Shown piece after piece: positions 63,031 through 64,000 of a stretch of DNA of 64,000 nucleotides (its first letter is position 1; every line of letters begins with the position of its first letter). The DNA comes from Fimbriosthenelais zetlandica (taxonomy: Eukaryota), in assembly GCA_977030845.1 (NCBI GenBank), contig OZ365113.1:31186001-31250000 (forward strand). The letters run 5' to 3'. Made by a program: the position numbers and the translations under genes. The notes under the pieces were generated by a model. The model was not told the DNA's origin. It did not search any database and saw nothing but the letters and a program-made list of their open reading frames with translations.

Positions 63031-64000
63031 TGGTAGCTGTAGGGTTGAGAAGAAAGGGGACATGAGAGGTCATATGAGGGACTGACGGTGCATGCTCTGC
63101 TTTAGTACCAAGTAGATTAGTGCACATGTGAAACCCTACACTTCACCATGTCCAGAGAGGTGTCTCCAATACGAACACACACCCCTACTCAAACATAACC
63201 CAGTAGAAAATGTCCCTGAAAGAACCAACAAACCCAAATACACAGCCACCCAATACATATCAACCTACCCTAAACATACCAAATAAATATAGCTGAATGA
63301 ATGATGTGAGTAAAATAGTCTTTTGAGACATTGAATCTTTGTCAATGACAAATGCCACCTCGTGATGTTAATTAGGTGAGGAAGATGCATGTGGCTGATC
63401 ATGATAGATTGATATTACATGCGTGTTCATTGATGTTGAGAGGGTGGGTAGAAGCGAATGCAGCGTTTATGCTATGATTATTAGTACATTTATTTAGAAT
63501 ATAGTGACGTGTCCGCCCCATCCCACCCCATCCCCTCATTTGTTTCCATTTGATTGCACCTCCCTTATCCCATATAGATGGATCGATTATTGCGTTATAA
63601 TCCACGTTCCACATTATTACTTTCATGTGAATTGCCTATAAGCCCCCAACTTCTGCCTGCGATCCCCTATGCTTTCTACCAGTGGCAAATGTGTATTCAA
63701 AGAATATCCCATTAGCGCATCCGAAATAAGTGCAGCACGACTGTGTTTCTTTTTGTGATTTGATGCAGGGACGGTAGTCATAATCACTCACTATTTATCT
63801 CTTTGAAACCCCTACTCTGTCATAGACGGAAAGATAACTAAACAAGAAATATCTTTGGCACTTGTGCATTTTGTGTATTAAATGATAAATATTATGTTTT
63901 TTTTTACGCAAAGTGCTTTTCATCACTAATTCATAAAAATCTTGTGCCATATTTTAATTTATTTTGAACATATACATACATTTGACGTCTATTACTCAAT

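Noticed and set aside
61501-63127. Minus-strand ORFs of 165 and 168 aa
   Set aside because: Explained by antisense reading of the purine-rich exon and of the G-rich low-complexity tract; biased composition and no domain.

Overview
Eukaryotic (animal) genomic DNA, roughly 40% GC by eye, almost entirely non-coding. Only one protein-coding exon is recognisable: the large first coding exon of a thiamine-triphosphatase (THTPA, CYTH family) gene on the minus strand (exon 16789-17429). Its terminal coding exon was not found in the 16.7 kb downstream and no promoter sits next to it. The best promoter candidate is ~41 kb away at ~58.4-58.8 kb. There a minus-strand first-exon candidate (donor GTAAGT at 58389) and a plus-strand one (donor GTAAGA at 58768) face away from each other across a CpG-containing core. 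Two clusters of the palindrome TAGGCCTA flank this core, and a well-formed plus-strand internal exon follows at 61627-61803. The rest is a mosaic of homeodomain-motif-rich (TAAT/ATTA) blocks and AT-rich spacers, with small DNA-transposon relics, a 40-bp minisatellite, homopolymer runs and purine/G-rich tracts. Working hypothesis (inference): a genomic regulatory block in an invertebrate deuterostome (echinoderm-like), with thtpa as a bystander gene with inflated introns head-to-head with a developmental regulator, as human THTPA is with ZFHX2. No prokaryotic features, rRNA, intact tRNA or CRISPR array were seen. All counts and alignments were done by eye.
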